From the human T2T-CHM13v2.0 reference genome, Homo sapiens, in NCBI RefSeq assembly GCF_009914755.1, contig NC_060939.1: a stretch of 64,000 nt of DNA; one strand, written 5' to 3'. The first letter of the stretch is position 1; each line of letters starts with the position of its first letter. Made by a program: the position numbers and the translations under genes. The notes under the pieces are model-generated. The model was not told where the DNA came from. It saw only the letters and a list, made by a program, of their open reading frames with translations, and did not search any database. Of this stretch, positions 39,434 to 54,368 are shown one piece after another.

Positions 39434-39752
39434 GTTTTGGTTTTTTCATTTTGTTTTGTTTTGTTTTGTTTTGAGATGCAGTTTCACTCTTGTCGCCAAG
39501 GCTGGTGTGCAATGGCATGGTCTCAGCCCACTGCAACCTCCGCCTCCGGGGTTCAAGTGATTCTCCTGCCTCAGGGACTTGGAATCCCTGCATAGCTGGG
39601 ATTACAGGCACCCACGACCATGCCCAGCTAATTTTTGTATTTTCACTATAGATGGGGTTTCACCATGTTGGCCAGGCTGGTCCCGAACTCCTGACCTCAT
39701 GTGATTCACCCACCTCGGCCTCCCAAAGTGCTGGGATTACAGGCTTGCCCAG
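39434..39752 (-). mobile_element. AluS (Sq/Sp-like) with (GTTTT)n tail and a small internal insertion
   Basis: gtttcactcttgtcgcc..ctcctgacctcatgtgattcacccacctcggcctcccaaagtgctggg. Confidence 0.93.
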
Positions 39753-39780
39753 ACACATTGTTTTTTTGGTTTTGTTTTGT

Positions 39781-41300
39781 TTTTTAATAGATTTTATTTT
39801 TTGGAGTGGTTTTAGGTTCACAGCAAAATTAGGCAGAAAGTTCTGGGAACTCTTATATCATCACTTCCCCACACACACGCACAACCTCCCCAGCTATCAA
39901 CATCTGGCACCACAATGGTACATTGTTATAATTGATGAACCTACATTGACACATCCTCATCACCCAACATCCACAGGTTATATTAGGGCTCACTCTTGGT
40001 ATTACACATTCTATGGGTTTTGACAAATTGCAATGACGTGCAACCACCTAGTATCATACAGAGTAGCCTCATTGTCATAAAATTCCCTTCTGCTCCACTT
40101 ATTTATTCCTCCTGCCCACAAACTCGCAGAAACCAGTGGTCTTCTTTATGGTATCTATAATGTTGCCTTTTCCAGAATGTCATAGACTTGGAATCATACA
40201 ATATGTGGCTTTCTCAGATTGGCTTTTTTCACTTAGTGATGGGCATTTAAGTTTCCTCTGTTTCTTTGCATGGATGGATAGCTCATTTCTTTTTAGCACT
40301 GAATAATATTTCATCGTGTGGATGTACCACAGTTTATTTATTCATTCACCTACTGAAGCGCATGTTTTTGGCTTCCAAGTTTTGGCAGTTGTGAATAAAG
40401 CTGCTATCAACATCTGTGTGCAGATTTTTGTGTGAACATAAGTTTTCAGCTCCTTTGGGTAAATACCAAGGGGCATGATTGCTAGATCATATGGCAGGAG
40501 TATGTTTAGTTTTGTAAGAAACCACCAAACTGTCTTCCAAAGGGACTGTACCATTTTGCTTTCCCATCAGCAGTAAATGAGAGTTCCCATTGCTCTACTG
40601 CCTCAACTTGTGGTGTTATCAGTGCTCTGTATGTTGGCCACTCTAACAGCTGTGTAATGGTATCTCATTTTTGTTTCAATTTGCAATTTTCTAATGACAT
40701 ATGATGTTGAGCATGTTTTCATAGTTTATTTACTTCTACATATCTTCTTTGGTGAGTTGTCTGTTCAAGGCTTTTGCCCATTTTTAATTGGGTTATTTAT
40801 CTTCTTATTGCTGAGTTTTAAGCATACTTTGTATATTTCAGATAATATCCTTTATCAGATAATGTATTCTGCAAATATTCTATCCCAGTCTGTGGCTTAT
40901 CTTCTCATCCCCTTGGCATTGTCTTTTACAGAGTAGAAGTTTTAAAAATTTTAATGAAGTCCAGCTTATTAATTATTTCTTTTATGGATTGTGCCTTTGG
41001 TGTCCTATCTAAAATGTCATCACCAGACCTAGAGTTACCTAGATTTTCTCTTATGTTATTTTCTAGAAGCTTTATAGTTTTGTGTTTTACATTCAGGTCT
41101 ATGATCCATTTTGAGTTAATTTTTATGAGGGGTGTAAGGTCAGTCTGGGTTCGTGTTTTTGCGTGTGGGTGTCCAGTAGTTCCAGCATCATTTGTTGGAA
41201 ACACTCTCTTTTCTGCATTGTGATGCCTTTGTTCCTCTGTCAAAGATAAATTATGTTTCTATGGGTCTAATTGCTGATCTCCTTCCTGTTCCCTTGAACT
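39781..41300 (-). mobile_element. L1MC1/2 3' portion
   Basis: ttttaggttcacagcaaaatt..gatgaacctacattgacacatc; minus ORFs MVQSLWKTVWWFLTKLNILLPYD and KINSKWIIDLNVK match the L1 ORF2 C-terminus. Confidence 0.88.
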
Positions 41301-42529
41301 ATTTATCTGTAACATTCATTTTTGATGTGCACCATTCTTCTATGGGCTCTGAGAGCCACCTGCATACACAATGTCTCCTTGCCTTAAGCCCTACCTCCAT
41401 GGGTGCTGTGATTCAGTCCTGAGTGTTTAGGACTCTGCAAGTGCCCCACTGCTCTGAGCACCTCATCTAGTCATTGCTACTCTGTTCCTCTGGTTTTACA
41501 AAGGATGGCGGGCCTCTAAGAAAGGTTCACAGAAGCCACTCCAAGAAGCAAAACGTAAATCACCTTTGCTCTCAGGTTCTCCTTACAACCCTTTGGAATT
41601 TTTTGCCAAACTCTTCTGTGAGGCAGCATGTCCTTCTCCTGCCAGAATGTTGAATTTTTATTTCCTTTTGGGTAGAAATTAAATCTTTTAACAGCATGCA
41701 TTCTCTTCTAAACTATTGAGGGTTTTTTTTTAATAGAAAATTTATGCCTTCCTTCTTTAGAGTTCTTGGTCTGTTTAGTCTCAAAAGACTCTCTTTCTCT
41801 CTCAAAAACAAATAATCAAACAAAACTAAAGACTTATATTCTTCAATTGAAAATGTTGGCTTTAAAAATCTATTATTTAAACGAGTCTAACAAATTCATT
41901 CAGCTACTCCATTCATGCCTGTTGTCTTTATTCTAGGGCCTGGGCTCTGTTCTTCTACCCTGAGACTAGTTCATCTAGTAAGTTGTCTCGGCTCCTTGAC
42001 TAGTGGGGAAAATAAAATGGTATTAAAATGCATAAGAAAAAAAAGTTCAAAATATTGTGGGTACACACATAAACATACATATATATTTCAAACAGAAAAA
42101 TAGATAATCTTATGAATTTAAATAAATAAAACACTATAGACACATTGGTACATTCCTCACTAACCTAATTTAGGGGCATAAATTAGTTTTACGTAGTGAA
42201 GACAATAGTGTACTAGAAGATTCTACCTTTGCTTATACCACTAACCAGTAGTATAACTGTAAGCCAGTTCTTATTTCAGTTTTTTTATCAATCAAATATA
42301 ATATTTAACTAAATATTTAAATATTTAACGGCTGTTAATGAATGGTAGGGCCGTTGGTTATTTATCTTTTCCCTTCTTGTCTGCATTGTCCAAAATTTTT
42401 AGTGGATACAAAATATTTAATCAGATATTCCCCTAGTTTTTAAAAATGTAAAATTCAGCAGTTGCTATGAGATCCAATTGTTCTCATCTATCATTGTGGC
42501 AAATATCCCACTCTTCAAATGCCCCCAAA

Positions 42530-44370
<1,841 letters not shown>

Positions 44371-44679
44371 AAACATTGAAACTAAATTAAAATTATGGAA
44401 AAATATTTAGTTATTGCTAGTGTAAAATGACTTCCAGGAATACCCCCACCCATTGCTGCTACTTTACTCAGGATCCTCACACAAAGGGACAGGCCAGAGA
44501 ATGTATTGTGCTGTGAAAATGTCTTGTGGGTCCCAGAACTGAAAATATGTGGGATATGGGTAAACAAGGTTTTTGATGTATAGAACCAAAGTTACCCTTA
44601 TAAAAAAGTTTCTGATTACTAGCTGTGTAAGTAGAGGATTCATTTCTCACCAATACCTACTCAAAACAGAATTTTGACT

Positions 44680-45960
44680 AGATAAGTTAGCATAAACAAT
44701 TGCAAACATACCATACATATTATTTTTTTCTTTGATGGATATCACTTGAAGTAAAATTTATCAACATTCTTGTTTGTAGGGAATAAACATACAACATACT
44801 ATAAGCAGTGAGTAATGTTTTGTGAAGTCATGTTGTATTTATCTCATCTTATTACATCTTATTAGGTATCTGACACTTCTCACCCTAACAGAGTTGAGTG
44901 GTTCCATGAAACAGTACTCAAAATTAGCATCTACGTGGTGAAATGACCTGAAGAAACATGTTGCTGCAATAAAATGCTTACACATATTCATTCATAAATC
45001 AATGTGTATCATATTAGAGTAATTTGATTATGTGTTTGTTTATCTCAATCCAATGTAGCAGTCATTTTAAAGTGCACTGAAGTCATTGTTGCATATCTTC
45101 AATTTTAGACTATTTTTGGTGTATTAATGATTATACCAAAATTCAAATATAATGAAAAGAAAGTACCATATTGGAAGACAATAAACTTAAAAAAAGACTT
45201 ACAAAAGCTTCAAAATATCCAAAATTTATTTCATTATATTGCAATGAAAAATAAAATTTTAAGCCTGATGATCATGACAATACCTAAAAGAATTATGATA
45301 GCTAAGAAAATATTGATAATGAAATCAACAAGAGAGGAGATCCTGAAGATTAGAAGAACATTCTGAAACAAAATGGAAAAGCAGAAGGAAGATAAAAATA
45401 ATAGTAAATAAAAGTGTAATTCATATGTTCAATAGAGTACACATGAAAGTCAGCAGCAAGTTCATTTTGATGAATTATTTGACTTCAGTACGTACTGTGA
45501 TATTTCATTATTATCTGATACAATAAAGAGTAATCCTATTTAATTCTATTTAATTACAGGGGCTTTTTAAAAAAATCTATTAATAATAATAGAGAATCTG
45601 CTAATAATAGAGAATCAGACAAAATATATAAAGAATATAATTTAATATATGCAATATGTTTTTCTAATAATTTGAAAAAGAAAATTAATGGTCTCATTCT
45701 TACCCAATCTGGTTAAAGTTTGCCTACATTGTTTTGTTTCTAATTAGTTTTTAACATGACAGATATTGCAATAATCATATAAACTTTCAGGCTATTAAAA
45801 TACATTGAAACCTTTGACAGTCATGATAATGCATACAGTATAAGAACGTTTATTTGGATTACATATAGATCAAATAAAAATGAAATCGATCGATATCTTT
45901 AAGAACATACAGATACAATTTTGAAGGGATAAAAATAGTGTCTGGTGCTGGTATTCAACT
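44680..45960 (+). mobile_element. Probable hAT-Tip100 (Zaphod/Arthur-like) DNA transposon relic
   Basis: AT-rich non-L1 segment; conceptual translation of 45670-45960 (..LFCF..LLKYIETFDSHDNAY..NKNEIDRYL..) loosely resembles the TTF zinc-finger region of ZMYM1-like hAT transposases. Confidence 0.4.
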
Positions 45961-45973
45961 TTTACATGAAGGT

Positions 45974-46575
<602 letters not shown>

Positions 46576-47169
46576 ACAAGTCTATCCTGTTTCTAAACAA
46601 GATTCACAGCCGGTTACACCAAAGGCTGCTGTTTTTTTTGTTTGTTTGTTTTTGTCTTTATTTTTTTTTTTTTGAGACGGAATTAAAAATCTGTTCAAAC
46701 CTTGAAGGATGGTATAATGACATTTTTAGGAGTCTAGAATAAAATTTTGAAGCCTCATAAGAGAAGCCAATCACAAGTGCAATGCAAAAAGTTTTCTTTA
46801 GAAAGTTGCTATCTTTCAGATGTGCCTCACCTAGCAACAGTCTTCCATTCACTATCCTTCAAAAAACGAGAGGCTCCTGCCCTTGGTTTTCTTCCTGCTT
46901 GACTGAATTTCATCCTCCTCCAGTTATCTTTTGCATAGCCTGCTCTCTGGCTGTAAGCTCATCTTTCACTCTCTTATCTTCTCACGTTACGTCTTTTCAT
47001 TCGAAAACCTCATTTAACCACAACTCCAAATAATAATCTTGATTTTATCGACACACTGATTTCTCTCCTGACTGCTATTTTTGTATTTCCACCTGCCTGC
47101 TGAACCTCCCTACAGCAACACACTGTCTCTATTTCAAATACAAATATTGAAAACTAAACTCATTGTGAG

Positions 47170-47290
47170 TCATCCATCCTATACCCATTTGTTTGAACAT
47201 CTACTAAGTGGTGGGCTCTTTCATTTTGGGGATACAAAAATCAGGTGGCTTAGTCCCTGCCCTCAAAAAACTCATCGTCTGGAGAAAAAG
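47170..47290 (-). mobile_element. L2 3' end fragment
   Basis: catttgtttgaacatctacta..ggggatacaaaa..gtccctgccctcaa. Confidence 0.6.
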
Positions 47291-48623
47291 GAAGATCTGT
47301 GAATAATTGCCTGAATGTGCCCAGTGTGCTCCAGGGGAATGTACTGTGGCTCCCTATTCCTTAGTTTAGGGTGTCTCCCTCCTCCCAGCTCCTTGGGCAT
47401 AGTTCTCTTTGGCTTCTCCTTTTCCTGCCACCTCCTATGGAGGCAAACCGAGGCTTGTTAATTGCAGTCCTTTTCAGTCTCTTGGCCACCACTGCCCTTG
47501 TTTTCACAGTAATTAAGGCTTCATATCAGCCTTTGAAAAGGGTTTTTTCTGATGTTAGCTTTCTGCTTACCATCCATTTTATACACACAACCAGAAGTAG
47601 CACGCAAAAACACAGCTCCAGGGCTGTCTCCCCAGGCCAAAACAGCTCAATGGCTCTCACTGTCCAGAGAATCAAGGAATCAAATCCAAATTCTCACTTG
47701 ATACTGAAAGATGGCGCCTTCCCACTGGGTTCCCACTATCTCCTACACACACGCACATATGTACAAACACACACTCCCTTTCCCATGTAATCTTGGACTC
47801 AGGCACACTGGGTGGGCACAGACCATCCTTGAGTGAAATGTGGGCATGTCTGCCTCACCTCCTGGAGCATGCATCTGGGTACTGCAGGAGCAAGATGCAG
47901 GCTATGTTACCTGCTCTGCCTCCATCCCCTGCCACACACACACTATGCAAAGCGGAGTCCAGAAGACATGTGGTGTCCAGCAAATGCTTTCTGAATTGAC
48001 AGACATGCTTTAGAAGTTTTACTGGCTCAAAGCAGTGAAGGGAATTCAACACACTCATTAGAGAGAGGCAGCACTGGGTGACGGTAAACGCTGTGTATTC
48101 TGCGAAGGCCAGGGCAGTGTGCGATGTTGGCCAACACATCAGAGCAAGGGATGCTGCAGTAGTCTCCGTGAAAAGCAAGGAAACCAAGGCTTAGAGAGGT
48201 TAGAGAAGGAGCAAGTCCTAGGTAACCGCCTGCAGCTGGGCAGGATTGGGGCTCAGGTCTCTGGCACCCCAGCCTCATTGTCTTTCCCACACAACATGAT
48301 GCCTGCAAGATTTCCTGTTACAGTGACAGACCATTTAGTGAGTCTGTCAATTTGATTCTAATTTGGTATGGCATGCATCTCCAGGAAAACAGACAAACAA
48401 ACTTAGGCCCCATTTTATGAAGTTTCCATAAAATCCCAGAAGCATTATCCAAAAGACATTCAGATGTTCTGGAAAGCTCCGTGAAGAATTTGGGTTTGGG
48501 GAACTGTAATGTGGGAAGGGCCTTCACTGATGCCCTCACCCACCCGCCATGGGAAAGAATCCTGATGGGGGTTCAACTATTTCTGTTTGAAGGACCTTTA
48601 CGGGTGGAGACCGAGGGTCTTAA

Positions 48624-48980
<357 letters not shown>

Positions 48981-49894
48981 TAGCTTTGAAATTCCAGCAG
49001 CCTAATGTTTCTGTGACAGAGACACTTCTGGGGCCCATCTCATTGCTGAGTAGTTCCTAATTGTTAGGTTGGGTGGAGCATACGTCTGCCCTTTGGACAG
49101 GAAGCTGCCTTCACATAATGTGAGGGGAATCAATGGGCAACAGAAGGACTATCCTCTCTCCCTCCAGTGGCTGACCTGGCTGTCAGCCCCAAGCACAATG
49201 TGGAGTCTGTTCACCCTTGGCTGCCCTTGAGGAAATGAAGTTTTCCCCCCAGTCTCTCCAGTTTTCCTACCGAGGCTGGCGAGCTCTTTAATTACACCCT
49301 GTCACAAACACTGACCTGGTCAGAGGAACAATGCCATCAGGTGGCTCAGGCCTGGTGGCAGCAAAGAGGAGATGCCCTTCAGACCTTATTTCTTGTCTGG
49401 TGAAGGCCTCCCCTCCATGCCAACAAAGGTGAATTGATAGACCCTTCACCGAGAAGCGAGTGATGATGCTGGCCACTGTGACGGCCATGTGGAGAGGGCA
49501 CAGGGAGCAGGGCCTCTGAACTTTCATCCGTGTAGGGCAGATCTCTAAAAGCCCTTCTGCCTGATTGCATTCCTTGATTCCCTTGATAAGGGTTCACAAA
49601 AAAGACTGTGACCTCAGCATGGCCTCAGGTGCACTGCTCTACTGGATTGTGGCACCTCCAAGCAGCATCACAGCCTGCAATGAGAAACAGGTAATGGAAG
49701 CGTGTCATCTAAATTTAATTCCAAAATGAAAGTCACCTTTCAGGCCACATTACCTGTATAATCAGAGGACTGCCTCTTGGAAAGGACCATTTTCCTTGGG
49801 AAATTACACTATATCAGTGATGAAAGGGCTTCTCGAAATCACCTAGTCCATACACTACCATTCCTCCTCTTTCTTTGCATCAACCTCATCATCA

Positions 49895-50120
49895 AAACTA
49901 GCATTTACTGAGAACTGACTGCATACTAAGCACGCTCCTAAATGTTTTACATGTATTATTTCATTTAATCCTCACAACAATTTTGTGAGATAGGGCCTGT
50001 AATTATCGTCATTTTGCAGTTGAGGAAACTCAGGTCTAGAGAGATGGAATAATTTGGTTTTGGTCATGCAAGTAGGAAAATTGTGGAACCAGAAAGTGGT
50101 AGGGCCTGGATTTGAAAGTA
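49895..50120 (-). mobile_element. MIR SINE
   Basis: catttaatcctcacaacaa..cattttgcagttgaggaaactcagg. Confidence 0.85.
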
Positions 50121-50239
50121 AATCCCAATGAGAAGAAACGACATGCAGACAGTGATTCAAACATGCAACACAATCCAGGTCTTCTGGTCCCTACTGCCCC
50201 TCTCTTAAGATCTTGGGGACCTGAGCTCTGGAGGGATCA

Positions 50240-50422
50240 AGGATATAAGGCTTAGAATCAGACAAGACTAAGATATTTAATTCTACTAATTCTATAACCT
50301 TGAATAAGTTAGTTCATATCTCTGAGTCCCAGTCTTTTTCTTCTATACAATGGAGATAGTGACACCAACTCAAAGGATACTTATGAGTATTTGATGAAAT
50401 TATTTGAAGGCTCTTTAGAATT
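50240..50422 (+). mobile_element. MIR SINE
   Basis: accttgaataagtta..tctctgagtcccagt..ctatacaatggagata. Confidence 0.65.
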
Positions 50423-50621
50423 GGAGAAATTGGCAAAGTTGAGAAGGAATAGCCAGGACTAAGCAGCAATAGGATAAATTGATGGGGGTTTCAGGAAGGA
50501 GAAAGTGGTTGATGAAGCCAAGGACTACTGCAAGGTGCACTAAAAGGAAGAATGGAAAGAATACACTGGATTAGTCAACTAGAGGATAATAAGGACCTTA
50601 GCAAGAATAGGTTTCAATAGG

Positions 50622-50830
50622 TTTCTTTCTTTTCTTTTCTTTCTCTCTTTTTTCTCTTTCTTTCTTTCTCATTGCTTTCATTCTTTCTTTTGCTCTTTCT
50701 CTCTCCTTCCTTCCCTTTCTCCCTTTCTTCCTTTCTTTCTTTCTTTCTTTTTCTTTCTTTCTTTCCTTCCCTCTCTCTCTCTCGCCCTCCCTTCCTTCCT
50801 TCCTTCGTTCTCTCTCTCTCTTTTTTTTCT
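50622..50830. repeat. About 200-nt polypyrimidine (TTTC/TTCC/TC) compound repeat inside a minus-strand L2
   Basis: Seen directly. Confidence 0.93.
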
Positions 50831-51329
50831 GTCATGGAGTACAGAGGCAGCAAAACCTCTTTGAGTGGACTGAGGAGTGATTGAGCAATGAAGCAGTGGA
50901 TAATCTGTCTGTAAAAGGATAAAGACAGGATAGCAACGAAGGAGGAAATGAAGTCTGGGATGGGAATGGATTGCTTTTTAAAAAGGGAGAAACTCGATCA
51001 TGTTAGGATGTTGATGGAAAGATAAAAGTTTCCTGGGGAGGTGGGAAGAGATGTGAATCAGAGCACAGGTGAAAGGAGGTCAGCCTTTCATAAAAGGAGA
51101 GACATTTCCTCAAAATACATCATAGAGGAAAGAGACCATAAACATCCTCTCCCTGGGAATGTTCGCTGATAAGGGAGCTGAAATCCCCTTGAAATGCATC
51201 TGTGGTTTTATTCCAATTTTAAAGGGAACTGCTTCTCAAAATAGCAAATCAAGTATGGACTGCCCTCATGAACAGAGAATCTCTCAGCCTAAATATTGGA
51301 ATATCTACCAACAGACAGGTAATAGATGA

Positions 51330-51555
51330 GAGAGGCAGCCTGGTGTTAGGGAAAAACGAGGACTACGGGAAACAGAGGTTTGCGTCTTACCTCTGCCATT
51401 GACTCACTCTGTAATTAACTTTGGGCCAATCTTCTTAATCTGGCTGACTCAGTTTCTCATTGTAAAGTGAGGAGAGTAATCACCCATATTTATGAGGCTG
51501 CTCTGAAGACTCGGTATTAATGTATCTCACATGTAATGAGCACTTGATAAATTTC
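51330..51555 (+). mobile_element. MIR SINE
   Basis: gagaggcagcctggtg..ctctgccatt..ctcagtttctcattgtaaagtg..gagcacttgataaat. Confidence 0.7.
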
Positions 51556-52555
51556 AGGTTTCATTTTAGAAAATTTCATCTTTCACAACATCAGTATTTG
51601 ACCCTTAGCATGAAAAATTGGAATGAACACACAGCTGGTGATAACGCAACACACCTGGGTGTCATGATCCCGGGGCTGGCAAGTTCCGTGTTAAATATTA
51701 GGCTAGTGGTTCCACTTTTTCTTTAAAGCTCATCTCAGTTTGCCACTACATTTTGATCAATGTGTAAAGTGGATATTTGTTGAAACTGAGGGTGCCGATG
51801 ATCACAGAGAAATCTTTTAGAGGGAAGATGAAACTAAATGGGTTGAACAAAAGCTAGTTCCCCTGCTGAGTATAAGAAGTGGTTCCTGGGGTTTAGGGGG
51901 AATAATTATATTCTTTTCTCTTTTCTGCAATTTGGTTACCATTGAGAAACAGGATACAGGAGTCAGGAAGTTAGAGGTAAAATTACCGGTTTTATGAGTG
52001 TGGGGAAAGACTGGAGAACTGGGTCTTGTATTTGCCTTGCAATTGAGCTTAAAGATGCTGTCCCACAGCTTCAGGGTTTCCTTCCATCACCTTTTCTCAG
52101 GGACAACACCTGCCATGGTGAGCTAACGTCATGCAGAGGCAGAGAACTGCTGCGTCCTGCAGACGGCTGATCCAAAGTGACAGACAGCTAACGGAGCTGT
52201 GCAGCACACACGCTCAAAAACAGAGGCTTCTCAGGGAGGAAGGGCATGAAGGAGGTAGAAAGGAGAATGTAAGTAAGTGTTGCTTCAAATTGCTTCATCC
52301 TGGGAGGCCAAATTCCCTCTTGGAAACATGAAGATGGGGAATAAAAACTCTCATCACCACCTCAATAGGGTGTCAAGTGAAATCAAATGCTGCACCTAAT
52401 GGGCTGATAGATGGTGTGCTCTAGGTGGTGAACGATTCTGTACAAACGGTGACATGGTGCAAAACACCAATCTGAGTAACTGAAGTGTACTGTGGATCTT
52501 TTTAGAAATACGTTGAGACACAGTTATAGTGTGGTAGTTAATAATTACTGCTAAG

Positions 52556-52914
52556 GCCGTAAAGAAGAACGAGATCATGCCCTGGATGCAGGGACATGGA
52601 TGGAGCTGGAGGCTGTTATCCTTAGCAAACTAATGCAGGATCAGAAAACCAAATACCGCATGTTCTCACTTCTAAGTGAGAGCTAAATGATGAGAACACA
52701 TGGACACATAGAGGGGAACAACACACACTGGGGACTACCAGAGGGTGGAGGGTGGGAAGAGGGAGAGAATCAGGAAAAATAACAAATGGGTACTAGGCTT
52801 AATGCCAGGATGGTGAAAAAATCTGTACAATAAACCCCCTTGACACAAGTTTACCTATGTAACAAACCTGCACATGTACCCCTGAATTTAAAATAAAAGT
52901 GAAATAAAAACAAC
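52556..52914 (+). mobile_element. 5'-truncated L1PA13-type 3' end
   Basis: aggaaaaataacaaatgggtactaggcttaat..gacacaagtttacctatgtaacaaacctgcacatgtacccctgaa; 16-bp TSD AATAATT(A/G)CTGCTAAG at 52540-52555 and 52915-52930. Confidence 0.93.
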
Positions 52915-53409
52915 AATAATTGCTGCTAAGTACTTTGGTGGTGTTTTAATTTTTCAGCCATTCATCAACGCCACTGAAAACTCTTGATTGTTTTACAATT
53001 GAGGAAATCCAGAAAAGACCAGAGAGATGAAGAGTTAGGATTCAAGTCTGGGTCTTCTAATATCCAGGCCAGAATTTTCTGGAAGAGAAGTAAATCGCAT
53101 GAGGAAAGCTAAAAGTATGGAAATGTGGCTAAGCCCTACCATTAAGTAGTTTCTTAAGACTACCACCACTTCAGGTACCCCTAACCCGACAAGCCCAGAG
53201 GGACTAGTGCAGCTGTCAGTCAGCAGAGGCCTGAGCAGAGAACAGTTTGAAGACCAGCTCTCTGGAGAAAAAAGAGCATATTAATGATGTGATCTGCATA
53301 TTCTTAACAAGGCAGCCTTGGAGAAATTAAGCATAAAGGAGTAGTGTGCTGCTCAGAGCTAATTTATAACCTATTCAAGGCAAAAAGATCTTAATGAGGA
53401 TGAAAGTTA

Positions 53410-53555
53410 ACATTTTTGAGAAATTTTTCACATGCCAGCAAATGTGCTAGTTGCGTTTCATGGATTTTGCCATTTAATCCTTATGGAGGCTTAAGAGTTA
53501 GGTTCTAAGATTATCTGCATTCCTACAGATGAGGAACCTCTGGCCATTCAGAGGC
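53410..53555 (-). mobile_element. MIR SINE
   Basis: catttaatcctta..tacagatgaggaac. Confidence 0.65.
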
Positions 53556-53559
53556 TGGG

Positions 53560-54005
53560 AGCCTCTGACCATTCCTCACCACTGAGTTTGCTCCCACCTC
53601 ACACCTGTGCATTTGCTAGTCTTGCTTTCTGGAACAATTCCTCCCCAAATCTTCTCATGGCTGACCTTTCACATGCTTCAAATGTGTGCTCACATGTCAC
53701 TTCCTCAGGGAGGACCTCCTGACACCCAGACTTAAACAGCATCCCAATTTGCTCCCCAATGCCTAACTCTACTCAGTTTCCTTTTATAGCATTTATCACC
53801 ACTTGAAATTATATCACACACACACGTGTTTACTGCCTGTCACTCACTATTACTAGAAGGTAAACTCCACAAGGACAAGGAATTGATCCAATTTACCACT
53901 GTCTCCCCTGCTTTATGAACCTTGCACATAATCTTTATGAGCCTTTATTGAGCACCTACTATGACCCTTGCACATAGTAGGTGCTCAGTAAACATTTGCC
54001 TGAAG
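53560..54005 (+). mobile_element. L2a 3' end with a rearranged terminus
   Basis: ctcacatgtcacttcctcagggaggacc..gcacatagtaggtgctcagtaaacattt. Confidence 0.85.
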
Positions 54006-54326
54006 TGCCCGTCTTGGCAAACAGTGCAATGCACACACAGGCTAGCGTCCTACTTCAGTGTCTGTGACCCTAACCACTGCTCCACACTGCCCTTCAGGCC
54101 AGTACAAGCTTCCCTGAAGAATCCTGCTCTGCTTCAAAGTATCAGTGTCTACAGGTCAGCGAACAAAAACAGGAATGCTTTTGGCACCATGCAAGTCAGT
54201 TTTCCACCACAGGTCATTGGGCTGATTAATTTAAAGCCAGAGAACTGAGACTCATCAAAAGCTCTCTTGGAGATTAAATTCTGTCCGTTGCTATTTCTTC
54301 AAATATTTCTTCCTCCACTTCTCTCT

Positions 54327-54368
54327 GTTTGTTGTTGTTGTTGTTGCTGTTGCTGTTGTTTTTTTTTT
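54327..54368. repeat. (GTT/GCT)n plus T-run
   Basis: Seen directly. Confidence 0.85.
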
